Assembly: GCF_006345805.1 (NCBI RefSeq) | Contig: NC_043015.1 | Span: 12,462,001-12,526,000 of the forward strand | DNA: 64,000 nt | Source: Octopus sinensis | Lineage: Eukaryota | Direction of reading: 5' to 3' | Part shown: piece after piece, positions 1-14,345 of the stretch | Position numbering within the stretch: the first letter of the stretch is position 1 | Layout of the letters: each line of letters opens with the position of its first letter | Notes under the pieces: model-generated | What the model was told of the DNA's origin: nothing | The model's input: the letters and a program-made list of their open reading frames with translations, nothing else | The model's database searches: none | Program-made: the position numbers and the translations under genes

Positions 1-444
1 TTGTTCAAAATATATTTGAATTTTTATGTAACAAAGGTTTGTTTAATTTTAAAACATATTGCATAAAGTGGAATTTTTTTCTACTTATAAACTAGTATTA
101 GTACTAGAATGATTAGGGAGGGGGGATAAATCTGTATGTTATAACAGGATGTCAGCTTTTCTCTATAAAAACATTCCCAGAAATCTGATACCTTTTGTTG
201 AAGGTAGCAAACTGAAGCAACATAGAGTAATTATTTTTCTGAAAGAAATATACGATTGATTTGAAATCAAGAATCATGAGCTCATGGTCAAATACCTTCA
301 CTATTTGACCACCTTGACAGAAAATAAAATAATCAATTGCTATTCATATCGGGAAAATATGAATGTAAAGGCAATAAAATGTAGGAGTTTTGTTTCCATT
401 CCATATAGAAATGCAATTTTTTCTTAAATTGTTTTTGTCTTTTC

Positions 445-1710
445 TTCTGGATCATACCATAAATAATGCAGTTTTTTTTATACTTCTTTTATTTTTCAAA
501 ATTAAGATAAACAAAGTTCTTTTTTAATCTAAAATATACTCTCCTTCATTTTCTACAATGTTCTTCCATCTATCTGGTAGACTTGCAAGACTTCTCTTCC
601 AAAATTCACTTGTCCATGATGGAAAATACTCCTCCAATACTGTTCTGACCTCGTCTACAGAATTCATATTTTTTCCATCCAAATGATTTTGAAGACTGCA
701 GAATAAATGATTATCAGATGAGGCAATGTCTGGCGAATATGGTGGGTGAGGCATCACTTCCTATTCAAACTACTCCAGCGTTTGGAATCTCATCCTTGCT
801 GTATGTGGCCGAGCATTATCCTAATGGAAGAACACCTTTCGTCTTGAAATCAAAGATGGTCATTCTTCTAGCGCTGACTTAAGTTGCTGGCAGTAGATCT
901 CCTTTGTTATCATTTGGTTCGGGTTTAAAGTTCAAAGTGGACTAAACCTTTCATATCTCACCAAACAGATAACAACACTTTACATGGGTGAAGACCTTTA
1001 GTCTGGGATGCCAGTATTTCTCCTTTCTCTACTTTCTGTCTTTGGCACTTGACATTTTTATAGAGAACCCATTTCTCGTCACTAGTCACTGTTCGGTCCC
1101 AAAAATATTAATTCGTGAGATGTGACAGCAGAAAAGAGCACACAGTCACTTTGCACATGAATAGAATAGAAGGTTTGTGACCCTATTTATTGATTTTTTT
1201 CCAGTAACATGCAGGTGTCGATGAATGCTTGAATGACCACATCCAAGCCTCTCTGCTAGTTCCTCAACAGTTACGATGGGATTTTGTTCCATGAGGGTTT
1301 GCAGGACATCCTCTTTGAGCTCTACAGATCTTCCAAGACAAGGCTTGTCTTCAAGGCTGTAGATTATGGCTCAGAATTTCTGGAACCACCATTGACACTG
1401 GCTTATGCTTATTGTTCAATCCACATATTCTGCATTAATATTCCTTGCACCTTTCGTTGCATTGTTGCCTTTAGTGAACTCATAAAACAAAATATGCCAT
1501 ATATGCTCCTTTGTCACTTTCATTATAGTTTTGAAAGAATAATTGTTAAAATCGAACTGCACCCTTCAAAACTTGCACTAAGAATAAGGATAAGGTAAAA
1601 TTACTACCTGCTTTTATAGCAAGTTGATGCAAGTAGTTTATCCCCCCTCACCTCTGACTTTAGTTCACGCAGTTGAAAAAAACCACATTATTTATGGGAT
1701 GGCTCAATGC
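445..1710 (-). mobile_element. Degenerate mariner (Tc1/mariner D,D34D) DNA transposon
   Basis: ORF 524-757(-) reads PHPPYSPDIASSDNHLFCSLQNHL...LPDRWKNIVENEGEYI, the mariner YSPDL/C-terminal signature. Imperfect TIRs at ~446-477 (..ccataaataatgcagttttt) and ~1676-1708 (aaaaaccacattatttatggg..). The rest of the ORF is broken. Confidence 0.9.
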
Positions 1711-1793
1711 TTTCTTTTTATTAGTAACTTTAATACATAACTTATGACTTACTATTCACCTCATTTATTCATTATTTAGTTTTTGATATTGAT

Positions 1794-2020
1794 TTAACTC
1801 TTTCGTTACCCACTCGGCTGAAACCAGCTCTGGCTCTGAGTACAAATGTCTTGTTTCATAAATTTTGAATTAAAATCTTCCACCAAACCTTAGTCACAAT
1901 TTATGTTCCTAACTCTAGCTTAATGATAACTATGTTATTTTACTAATTTCTTTGTTATATTTAAAGAAATTGAAAGAAACACAAAGCATCTCAAAATAAA
2001 TACAGTAACAAAAGGGTTAG
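1794..2020. mobile_element. TTAA-flanked MITE (piggyBac-type ends)
   Basis: Ends read ttaa-ctctttcgttac ... gtaacaaaaggg-ttag, i.e. terminal inverted repeats with a TTAA-like target. No coding capacity. Confidence 0.65.
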
Positions 2021-2258
2021 AATTGAATTTCAGAAGACATTCATTGACACTAATAAATATTTGTGTTTACTGTGGTGAAATTTTTACTGGGAAATGTCTA
2101 AGTGTCCAAGTTTGTGTGTGTGTAAAAAGGGAACTGAAATTTCTAATATTAAATATAAGTTCTTCTCAATATAGAAACATTTGAATTGTGGTTATGCAAA
2201 AGCTCAGTGTACTTCATTGATCTTTTGATTTAATAATACACTTCTCATTCTCCTTCAG

Positions 2259-2412
2259 GGTATTTTAAAAGTCTGCGTATTTTGCTGAATATTAAAGTAC
2301 CGTCCCGCATAGAAAGGTGTCACCATCCACCCATACCTATTGCTGAATCCATATTTGATCTTATTATGAAACCTGTGAATATTGCTGTGGCATCTGGAGA
2401 CAAGGGTTTTTG
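2259..2412 (+). CDS. UBE3C: UBE3C exon (first in window)
   Basis: Junctions ttccttcag|gg and tg|gtatgt; encodes [40 protein letters not shown]. Confidence 0.9.
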
Positions 2413-5400
2413 GTATGTTCTTTCATAATTTTTTTTTTATTGTCTTTGTATTCATTCCTTAGTACCTAATGAAAAACAACTACTTATATCCAAGTGGCAA
2501 CTAAAATTATATAGATTTTCTTTCATTTCAACTTAATCTCTCTTTTGGAGTACATATTTAATAGCTAACATCAGTATGGAGAAGGACAGCTGCGTAAAGA
2601 AGTGCCAATCTCTAACTGTGGTGGGAACTTGTGGAAGAGGTAGACCGAGGAAAACATGGAACAAGGTGGTGAAGCATGATCTTGGATTGCTGATTGGGAC
2701 CTTTGGGGATATGCTGTGCTTGAGAAGACAAGTGAAATCATAATCATGGTCAGTGCTGGTGACCCATCAAAGGCACCTTTGCCAGTGACCTGTAAAAGGC
2801 ACTTGTGCCAGTGCTATGTAGAAGGCACCTGTACCGGTAACACATAAAAGGCACCCACTACACTCTGTGTGGTGGTTGGCATTAGGAATGGCATCCAGCC
2901 ATAGAAACCAAACCAAATAAGACTGGAGCCTGGTACAGTTCTCCAGCTTCCTAGTTCCAGTCAAACTATCTAACCCATCTTAGCATAGAAAACAGATGCT
3001 AAATGATGATGATGATGACTCTTCCTCTTCCTCCTCTGTATTTTTCATTTGCATTTTTTGCTTGTTTTTGAATCATATCTGCTAGAATTGGTGAGATAGT
3101 TTTTCTTCTTTTTTTTATGTGAAGCAGTTTTTATTTTCACTGCTGGATGTTTTAAATACTAACTACTCAACTTGAAGTAAACATGGTGTCTGTTTTGTTA
3201 GTCTGGAAAAATGAAGCAAGCAGAGGTACAACACATAATGCTTTTAATAATAGTTGAACTTATGATCATGTAGTCACTTGTCCACCATTAACCTCATATT
3301 ATAGTGCATCATTTTGTAAAGACCAAAAGACTAAAACTTTAGTTTGAACACAAGTGTCTTCAAGTCATCATTCTAAGAAAACTAGACAAGCTCAGCCTAA
3401 TTGTACCATTTTCCTGTCAGTTGGGTATACATTTTTTTTTTATTTCCATTAATGTATTCAAGAACAAAGAGCATAACCAATGGGGTTATTTTCAATTAGA
3501 AGGAATGAGGAACTAAATAAGAATGGCATTTGAAGAGCTTTTAGTAATATAGGAACACTTATCATTGATGCAGGTTCTATAGGAAAGTAGTTTTGGAAGT
3601 GGTCTTTGGATTGCATGTAATATTTGTCAATTATAGGCATTAGAAAAAGCAAAGCAATGCAGTAGAAAGTGAAGAGGGAGGAGAACCTGATTCAGATGGG
3701 AATTAGATTCAACTAACAAAACTTCTATAATGTTTATTATAGTATAAATAAAAATAACAGGGAAGAGGACACAGAATGATAATGTAATAAAGGCAGATTT
3801 ATGAATCAGATATTTTTATTTTGGAAGATGTCCATATTTGATGGCAGTGTGCTATTCAAGAAAGCTGATCACTATAATGGAGCATATCAAGGCTTATCAA
3901 GAAAGTTAATAGTTGTATTTCTTTGCTCCAAAGTGATTCAAAATGTAAGCAGAAGGTAGTGATAATGTGCAAAAATCTGTCACCTTAGAACTGTCTTGTA
4001 ATGGTGATTAGATAACATAGAGAAAATCTAGTCTCAAAACTTGTTTTCCAATTTGTTTTGATGTGTACTGCTTTTTGCTAATGTCATATTATATTCTAAT
4101 ACTGTGAACATTTTCGCATAATACAAAATATCATTTAATAAAGGGACTGTTTCTGAGCCCTTAAAATGTAAGAGTTGTATCTTGCCATGAGAATTGTGTG
4201 ATATCCTTGGATATAGATCTCTATTCATATTAGACACTTATTTTGTTCTCAATTATAGATAAGCTAAGATTCTGCATCTGAACAATTTTGGCTCTCTGTC
4301 TCGAATTTGGCAAGAGGAAAGCCAAGATATAATACATTTATAGTAAATTTGAATGATTTGACACTTTGAAAACACAATTTTCAAATATATTTATTAGTTC
4401 TTTGCTGAAGATTTACACTATCCTTATTTAAAATTACCATATTAAGTGAATATTTTTTAAAAGATCATCCTTTATATATAAATATATATTTACAGCACCA
4501 GTGTACTGACTGAAGTGTGTCGTGAACTATTCTGTCCACCTCATTCTCAGCAAGTTGAACTGTTTCTTTTACCTGCTATGGCATATGGTAAATATCCATT
4601 TCCTTTTGTGGAACTGATCCAAGCTCTAATCAACAAGATTGGTGAGAAAAATGAAACCCAGTTATTTTCTGCGAAGAAGAGTACTAATGAAGATAGTTCA
4701 AAGAAATTTTCAGATGCTAACCATTGGTTATTGTATGCAGTGTTGGTTCTTGGGGAAAAATATGTAGGTAAGTGGAAAAATAACATTTTGTTGTTCACAA
4801 CTATTTCATGCATATTGATATTTTGGATTAAATGTTTAATATTTGGATTTTTGTTGTAAATATTTAACCAATTTCCCTTATTTCAGAGACATTGACTCCA
4901 CAGCAAACATTTCAATATTTAATGCTAATGCAAAACCTTGTCCCTACTCTACCTCTGCCTCGACTGCAAAATTTTGATGATGATGACGACGAAGAAAATG
5001 ATTCTGATATTGAAGAGATGATGGTTGATGACTTGGTGAGTCCCTCTTTCTTTACTTATCCATCTTGTTCTCTATTCTGTTTCTTCCTTGTATATTTATT
5101 TAAACTTACCTCATTTTAAACATATTTGTCAAGTTTTTTTATATTTTAACTTATAAAGAGGAGATAGCCTGTGACTGTTGTATTAGTAGTGATCTGCATG
5201 ACATCTGTGCAATATATGATAATGTTCATTATCATTGATGCTTAATGTATATCAGTTTAAGAAAGGAAAGAGTTTCTTTTAATATTGAGTTCTGACGTAG
5301 TCAAGATCTCAAAATTGGGGGATGGCTTTTGTTAATTAGTACTCTACAGGTACTTATTTTAATTATCTTGAAAAGATGAAAGATAAAGTCAAACTCAGTG

Positions 5401-8400
5401 GAATTTGAATTCAGAATGTAAATAGAGAAAACAGTACTGTAAGATATTTATAACTGTGTTCAATCATTTCTGTCATTCACTGCTGTCAATAAAAAAGTTA
5501 ATATTAAGTTTCAGGCAGTTGCCAAAAAAAAAAGATTGCTTTTTCTTCTGGGTAAATAACATAAAAATTCTTAACTATTTGAAGTAGATTTCGTACATAG
5601 CACAAATTATGAGAGATGACATGGTGTGATGTTAATGCTTTGTTTAAAAAAGCACTAGAAAAGGGAAATATTTTAAAGGGAAATCAAAACCAATGCTTGA
5701 TTATTATTTAGAACAATATTTCCCAAGCTAGGGGCTCGTGGCAAAGTTCAGTGAGGCCACAGGAAAATTAGGGTATTAGGGCTAGCCACAGTGTCAATGT
5801 AGAGGGCCTCACAACTATTACTCTGTTTCTTCCTAAAACTTTCTATTACTGTCTGAAAAACACACATCCAAATACATGCAATCCATTTTCTATATCTTAA
5901 GAGAAGTGAAAAATGTTACTCAGAAATAAAAACTAATGTTTAATTGTTATTTAGAATATTAATTTCAGTTATATATTACATAATTCTAACAGATTAGCAG
6001 GTAGTAATCAGATCAGAATGATAAATTTGCATATTTTTCTCACACTCTTATAGAGCCTATATGTTTTAAAGATTAAACTGAAAATTGTAAACCATTAAAC
6101 AGCTTATTATAGCAAGTAGACAACTCACTAAGTCTTCCAACTCTTGGAAATTATGTACCGAGGCAAGTGGAATAATTATTTTTTAAAAAAAGATACAAAC
6201 TCATAAGCCAATATGTCAACATTTCATCTGTTGGATTTTCATTGTTCAAATAGAGAAACACTTTTTTGTTTTGTTGAACTCTTGCATACAGCATTCAGTT
6301 TCATATAATTAATGAATTAATACCCAACATAATTCATTATTCTTGTATTATTTAAGAAAGATACCATATCAGTATTTTTTTTTTTAAATTTCAACTCTTT
6401 TTTCTTTTCTCAGGAGACAGACTTTGCTTATCAGGAAAAGTTGCGGGAATCCTGCCTGCACTATTTAGATTCAATAGCTCTTGCTCGCCGTATAATTGTC
6501 TGCACCACAGAATTTCCCACTCCAGATATACTTGTAGCGATATGTAATATTTGTCATAGTCTTATGTGTGAGCAACGGATCCCTGTTCATAAATTAAGGT
6601 AACTTTCTAATATAATAATTTCACTTTTATTTATAACTTGACAATTTTAGGTTTATATTTTGCACTTTCTTGACAATTGTAAGAAACTATATTGGTGGAT
6701 ATTTTTTCTAATATTATCAATGTTGATGAAAATTTGGGATTTTTTAAATGTACATTTTTGTTTGTGAAGGTGCTTGGACTCCTCGTGGTCAGGTTGTTGC
6801 TCTCACAATCATTAGACCATGAGTTCAATTCCCAGATCAGGCAGTAAAACACTTCATTTCATTTGCTTCATGTTGCTTCAGTCCCCTTTTGATCAGTTGG
6901 GGTGGATGTTGGCCTGCTCACCTAGTCAGCAGGGTGGCATCATTTGAAGGCTAAAAATGATGCAAAGTGCATTGTGACCAGCAATGTATAACATCTGATA
7001 GTCTGGTCAGTTACATGGTTTTTTTTCTTAGTTAAAAACTGTAGTGCCACATCAGTTACCAATTATTCCTTTTAAACTGCACAGGCAAGCGGTTGTTTTT
7101 TTTTTATGTCAGTGGGTTTAGATTGCATAAATGAGAAATATTTACTTCACATATTAAAGGATGAGGAAACATTTGTTTCTTCATTTTTGATACATAGCCA
7201 CAATGACTTTTAATTGTTTTTGGAAGGAAATTTTAGCTATATTTTATATTTTATTACACAATGTCTGCTTCACTCACTCATTTTCCACTCTCTTGGTCTT
7301 ACTAAATGCCTGGAAAGTATCTAGTTTATATCTGATTGATGGATGCAGCATAGCTGAAAGGTGAAAAGTTTGTCTTACAATCACAAGGTCCTAGGTTCAA
7401 ACTCTCTGCCTGGCATCTTGGACTAGTGTCATATACCATAGTTTTGGGTTGACCTAAGCTTTTGGAGTGAAAATGAGTTTACAGAAACTGTGTGAAAGCT
7501 CAACTGATAGATTGTATCTGTAATTTGCAGTCAACTTTGTCACTCATAATGTCATTGATTCTACTTGAGGATTAGATTAAGAGTATACATGTCTGTGGAA
7601 TACTCAACCACTTACATGTTAATTCAATGCATGGGTAGTTCAGTTGATCAAACAACTGGTTATTTATCATTGTAATCAAAAGAAGCCCATTTATTGGTTT
7701 ATATTTAATGAATTCATTTAAAAAAAATTACCTTCTACTGTCTACACTTTGTATTTATCCCATTTCTTTCCACTGTTTTTATCTCTTTCAATTTTCTCAT
7801 CAATATGACATGGTTGTGTTGTTAAGAGGTTCACTCCTGAACCACTTGGTTAGAAGGATGGTCCCACTGCATGAATGAGCTAACGTTTGACCTGTGAGTG
7901 ATATTGGTTGACAGAAACTGAAACTGAAGAGGGTTGTCATATATACTCTTTTACTTGTTTCAGTCATTTTGACTGCGGCCATGCTGGAGCACCGCCTTTA
8001 GTCAAGCAAATCGACCCCAGGACTTATTCTTTGTAAGCCCAGTACTTATTCTATCGGTCTCTTTTGCCGAACTGCTAAGTGACGGGGACGTAAACACACC
8101 AGCATCGGTTGTCAAGCAATGCTAGGGGGACAAACGCAGACACACAAACACACACATACATATATATATATATACATATACATATATACGACAGGCTTAT
8201 GTATGTGTAAAAATGAGTTTGGAGGGATATATTATCCGGGCAGTTACCATATTAGCCCTCGGTTAAGTTTCAGTTAATGACTGACCATAACAATCAGTAT
8301 CTAACCTCTGTGACTACATTTAGTTGTTAGTCACTCCATGAATTCTGATGGGTAATTCCATGTTCTCCTCACAGGATAGTAAAAATCGTCAAGAGTCTAT

Positions 8401-11270
8401 ATTAATATAAATAATTATCAAAAATAACACACACAACCATTAAACTGAACAAAGAGCCTTACAAAAACAACAATCTTGATTGTAACCTATTTTAAGACTA
8501 AGCCTTAACTTCGGACAGTAACTGGTGTGAAGTTGAGGTCAACAATACATAGCTATGCCCGTGTGTGTGTGTGTGTATAAGCGTGTATGTTTGTGTGATT
8601 TCTCCTTGTCTTTATGTGTTCACTGGCTATAAGCAAAACAACAGCCATGCTAATAAATACAGCTAATGTTATATGCTTAAAGTCAACTACAAAAGCACAT
8701 CCAGCCTGCTTCATTATTCAGTAAACTAGGGAATTATTACTTTGCTTAGAAACAGATGAGAGTTGGTAGCATCCATCCACAGAAAATCTGTCTCAATGAA
8801 TTCTCTCTGACCCATGCAAGCTTGGAAAAGTGAATGACAATGGTAATGTAGCAGTGGCTGGCACTATTAACTTATACATTATTTATAATGAGCAATGCTT
8901 TTGCATACATATGCAGAACTATAGCTAAGTGAGTCGCCTGTCATGGACCCTATAGGACCTGAACATTTGACTATATCCATAGAATGTTTTGAACTTAGTA
9001 CTACAAGCTAATAAAAAAAAAATAAATCTTGTCCGTTTTACTGTCTTATTAGCTATACCATCTTGAGGCTACTTTATAACTAAGTAGATTGGGCCATTGG
9101 AAAGATAGTACCAATTGTTGTTTATGAACTGTAAGCTTTTGTTGAGTCATAATATTCATTCAGGAGCGGGCATCAACTTTTGATAGATCTTTTGCCTATG
9201 TTTTAATGCAGAAAAAATTTTTCTCAATAGTGTAAACTACATAATAGCTGCCAGTATATTATACTGTAGTTTCATTGTTTTTAGACAGTAATTTGCAAAG
9301 TACACTATACATTTCATTGTTTTTAGTCAGTAAATTGCAAATTTGTAAAGTGACTCTGAATGCTCCACTAAACATTTTTTAGTCCCTTATCCAAACTTTC
9401 TCTGGAATTGTACACTTTCTATTGTGTAGTTTTACAAAACCAATACATATATTTACATTTTTGGATTGGTCTTGATTGATTGAAATTTAAATTAATTTTT
9501 ACTGTTAGATGTTCCTGTACTGCTAAAACATCTCTATGACATTTACTACAATTTTTTGTAATAAAATTTATTTTGATAATCTCAATACCTTATTACATTG
9601 TACTTGTTCTGTTTCAGATTGTTGTACACTTTAGCTTTCAACATTGATTTCATGGAAAGATTATGGATAGAATGTGCCTGCCGATATTCTATATCAGTCA
9701 GTGGGTAAGTATATTTTGTTTTATCTCTTATTCTTTGTTTTATTTACATTTTAACTACTTTTAGATTGTGATAATATTTTTTTTAATTTAAGCATGTTTA
9801 TATGTTTAAATTTTTTAAAATATCATTTCCTGATTATTGTCTTAAGTCCAAAAGTTTCATGCTTGAAACATGAGATTTTGTACTGTCTTTATAATAGGTG
9901 CTTTTTAGTAAAAGAAAGGGGAATTATCTAGTAGAGATGAAATTGATAAGGAAAACAATTAGTTGAGATTTGTTGTAAAATGACACTAATATCCTTGAGT
10001 GTAAAATGTACTTAACCGAAGTAATATTCTAAAAGTTGCCTGTTTTCCCTTCTTAAAAGGAGTTGAAGATTACAACCTTTTGCTGATACCAAACTATTAC
10101 TTCATCATCATCACATCTGTTTTCCATGCTGGCGTTGGTTGAACGGTTTGACTGAAAACTGTTAAGCTAGGAAGCTGCACCAGGTTTCAATCTGATTTGG
10201 CATGGTTTCTACAGCTGGATGCCTTTCCTAATGCCAACCACTCCAAGAGTGTTGTGAGTTTTTTTATGTACCAGTTAAGAAACACTGGCATCAGCCGTGA
10301 CTAGGATTCAGAACCATTGTGCTGAAGCTCATGAAGCAGATGATCAAAGCCTACACAAATGCCAATGTTCTGTGCTAAAGAAATACTTATCCAACCCTTG
10401 CAAGCATGGAAAAGCAGACATGATGATAATGACAATGATGGGGGGAGAATTGTTAGTGTTGGAAAAAATTTTCATGCAGTATTTGTTCTATCTCTTTACA
10501 TTTTGAGTTCAATCCCTGCCAAAGTCATCTTCGTCTTTTATCCTTTTGGGATTGATAGAATGAATACCTATTTCTTTATTACCCACAAGGGGCTAAACAC
10601 AGAGGGGACAAACAAGGACAGACATAGGTATTAAGTCGATTACATTGACCCCAGTGCGTAACTGGTACTTAATTTATCGACCCCGAAAGGATGAAAGGCA
10701 AAGTCGACCTCGGCGGAATTTGAACTCACAACGTAACGCAGATGAAATACCGCTAAGCATTTCGCCCGGCGTGCTAACATTTCTGCCAGCTCGCTGTCTT
10801 ATAGAATGAATACCATTTAAGTACTGGTATTGGTGATGTCAGTTATTTCCCCCTCTCCTCAGAATTGCTAGCCTTGTTATTATTATTATTATTATTATTA
10901 TTAAGGCAATAAACTGACAGGATCATTATCATGCTGAACAAAATGCTTAGTGGTATTTACATTCTAAATTCAAATTCCACCACGGTTGACTTTGCCTGTC
11001 ATCCTTTCGGACTTGGTAAAATAAGTACCAGTTTGACACTAGGGTTGATGTAGTTGACTATCCCCTCCTCCAACCATTTCAAGTTTTGTGCTTCCTGTAG
11101 AAAGAATAACCCTTATTATTATTATTATTATTATTAATTATCATTATTATTCAGTAGTTTTATTTTTATAGCGTGCTTTCACTTCACTACCGAGCGCAGC
11201 TCTGTGTGCCTTGGGTATGTGCTGTGATTTGTTGTGATGCTCTGATGGTTGTATGATTATTATTATCATT

Positions 11271-11301
<31 letters not shown>

Positions 11302-13822
11302 TTATTATTAATTAGGTGGCAAGTTGGCAGAATCATAAGCACACTGGGTGAAATGCATAAGCAATATTTCGCCTGTTGCTACGATCTGAGTTCAAATTCT
11401 GCCTAGGTTGACTTTGCTTTTCATCCTTTCGGGGTCAATAAATTATGTACCATTGAAACACTGGGGTTGATATAATTGACTAGTCCCCTCCCCCCAAAAT
11501 TTCAGGCTTTGCACCTTTAGTTGAAAGGATTATTATTATTGATATTAATAAGGCAGCGAGCTGACAGAATCATTAGCACACTGGGCTAAATGTTTAGCAG
11601 TATTATTTTACCTGTCGCTACATTCTGAGTTCAAATTCCGCTGAGGTCAATTTTGCCTTTCATCCTTTTGGGGTAGATAAATTTAGTACCATCGAAACAC
11701 TGGGGTTGATATAATCGACTAGTCCCCTCCCCAAAAATTTCAGGCCTTGTGCCTTTAGTAGAAAGGATTATTATTGAGTGAGAGAGCAGTGCAGGCCATC
11801 AAAGTGACACCGGGGTAAAATATACGAAACCCAGTATACCCATCATGATAAGAGTACACCAGGCACATACATTACAACCATATGTATGCAACATGGTGAT
11901 CTCATATCAAGATAAACAGTGCATGACTTTGCTGGTGGGGGCCCAGTTAGAATTTTCTTCATGTTAAGTAGCCCATCTCACTCAAAAGGTCCCTGAATAA
12001 GGGTTGTTTAAGGATGTTGAACAAAACACCCATGTTTCCAAAGGTGAATTATTCAAACCCCAAAGAATTCCTCTCAACGTATAGCTATGGTGCTCCCCCA
12101 CTACTTCTGCTCATGATCAGAGATACATGTATCGTCAGTCACTAAGGGACATGCTCAACTGGTGATGGTCAAGCAACTGACAAGCGAATTTGTGGTATTG
12201 AGCAGAATATTTGTTGTAGCCCATCTTTTATACCAAGACAAAACAATGTACATGAATAACTCTTCCAATCAATGAAGATCAAAAGCCATGAGAGCCACTG
12301 CCTGGTACTGTATTAGGGCATTATTTTATTTTTATTTAAACTAAAATTTAAATGAAACTTTAAATTAAACATTTGCAAAAAGAAATTTTTGTATTCAACA
12401 CTGAAAATGGTTTTTCAAGGTTTCATTTCATAGAAAGTTTTTCACTATAGTTTCTTCTACAAGCTAAAAGCATTTTGTTTTGCTTAAAGGTTAGAATCTA
12501 ATTATTACTGCAATAACCTAAAATAATGGCTCAGCTGATATGGTACCAGATTTCATAGTAATTGGTGTCAGCTTATGTTCTACTGAAGACATTGTATTGC
12601 ACTCCCAGACCGTGTACTTGATTCTATCTGCTTAAGTTTTCATACTTATTTTCAGAACAAAAACATCTCTCATCCAAATACTAGCCCGTGGTCAATCGTT
12701 GGCTGAAAGTGATATTCAAGTTATTGTTCCTTTGCTATCTGTGTTTTGTGCTGCATTCAGCCATTCTCTCCACACACTACATGATGCAGAGTTTTATGGA
12801 GACAGTGAAGGTAATATTTCAGATGTTTGCTTTTAATGTTTTTAAGTTTAAAATGTTATGCAAATAATTTTTTTTAAATTTTGTTTTTTTGTATAATATT
12901 TTTTAAATTTTGTATATTATATTCTTCATATAATATAATGATATTAAACTATTGAGATTTTTTCAATTCTCAATTTGTACATATGTGTGTGTGTGTGTAT
13001 ATACACACACACATACTGGCATGGGTTGGACAGTTTGATCAGAGCTAGCAACTGGGAAGCTGCACCAGGATCCAGTCTGATTTGGCTTAGTTTCTGTAGC
13101 TGGATGCCCTTCCTAATGCCAACCACTTTACAGAGTGTGAGTGTGTGCTGGGTGTTTTTACATGCCACCCATATATATATATATACACGTGGGTGTGGCT
13201 GAAATATTCTTGGCTTTGGGTAAAAGAAAATACAGGAAGACCAGTTAATTATGATTTTATTCAATATGTTCCCTTTTCAGATTGACACACTTATTGCAGT
13301 GATTCTTCAGTTTTTCTAAGACCTGTAAAATCATAGTCATGGTTGACCCATGCCAGTGGAATGTAAATAGCACCATTCGAACATTGGGCCTCATGGAGGC
13401 AGAGACAGATGACCAAGACCTTGCTTTTGGGGTTGTTAAATTAAGTACCGGTTGTGTACTGGGGTCAGTCTACTCAACTGCCCTCCCCCCCAAAATATCA
13501 GGGCTTGTGCCTAGAGTAGAAAAGATATACCGTGCTTGTGTAGACCTGTCAAGCTAAGTGAGACTGTTGTCATCGCCGATGCCATTATCAAGTTAATGGC
13601 ACCTGTGCCAGTGGCATGTAAAAACCACCCACCGAGTGGTTGGAGTTATTAAGGGCATCGAGCTGCGTAAACCTTGCCAAATCAGACCAGAACCTGGTGT
13701 TCCCCACTCCCCTGGCTTACCATCCAACCCATGCCAATAATGATGGTGTAAAAGAACTTAGAAGGTTGGGCCTCCAACCAGGCCTTTGACAATACCCTTA
13801 AAGTCAGGAACTTTTCAGCATC

Positions 13823-13878
<56 letters not shown>

Positions 13879-14023
13879 TAAATTAGAGATAAAACCACTA
13901 TTAGGCAAATCATACAGTGAAAAGCATAAACCAAAACATAGAAATATAATTAATTGATATAATATACAAAATATATAAAATTCAAAATTTAAATTATTTA
14001 AAATTATTAATTTATATTTATAA

Positions 14024-14067
<44 letters not shown>

Positions 14068-14311
14068 ATGTGTCTGTATGTAAGTAAGTATAAAAGAAAT
14101 GTTAATATGAAAGATGGGTTGAACAGGCTTTATTACAAATCACCACATTTGTTTCAATGCATCATTATCCACTGTTAATTGCAGGACATTTTATATATTA
14201 TACACAATATTGCATTAACATGATTCAAGAATAACTGCTCACTATAATATTATTATTATCCGTATGTATGTATGTATGTATGAATGTACGTATGTACGTA
14301 CATGCATATCG

Positions 14312-14345
<34 letters not shown>

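Noticed and set aside
8258-8395. Possible long-stem-II hammerhead on - strand (TTGACGA...GAAActtaa)
   Set aside because: Too degenerate: the cleavage triplet and stem II pairing are missing.
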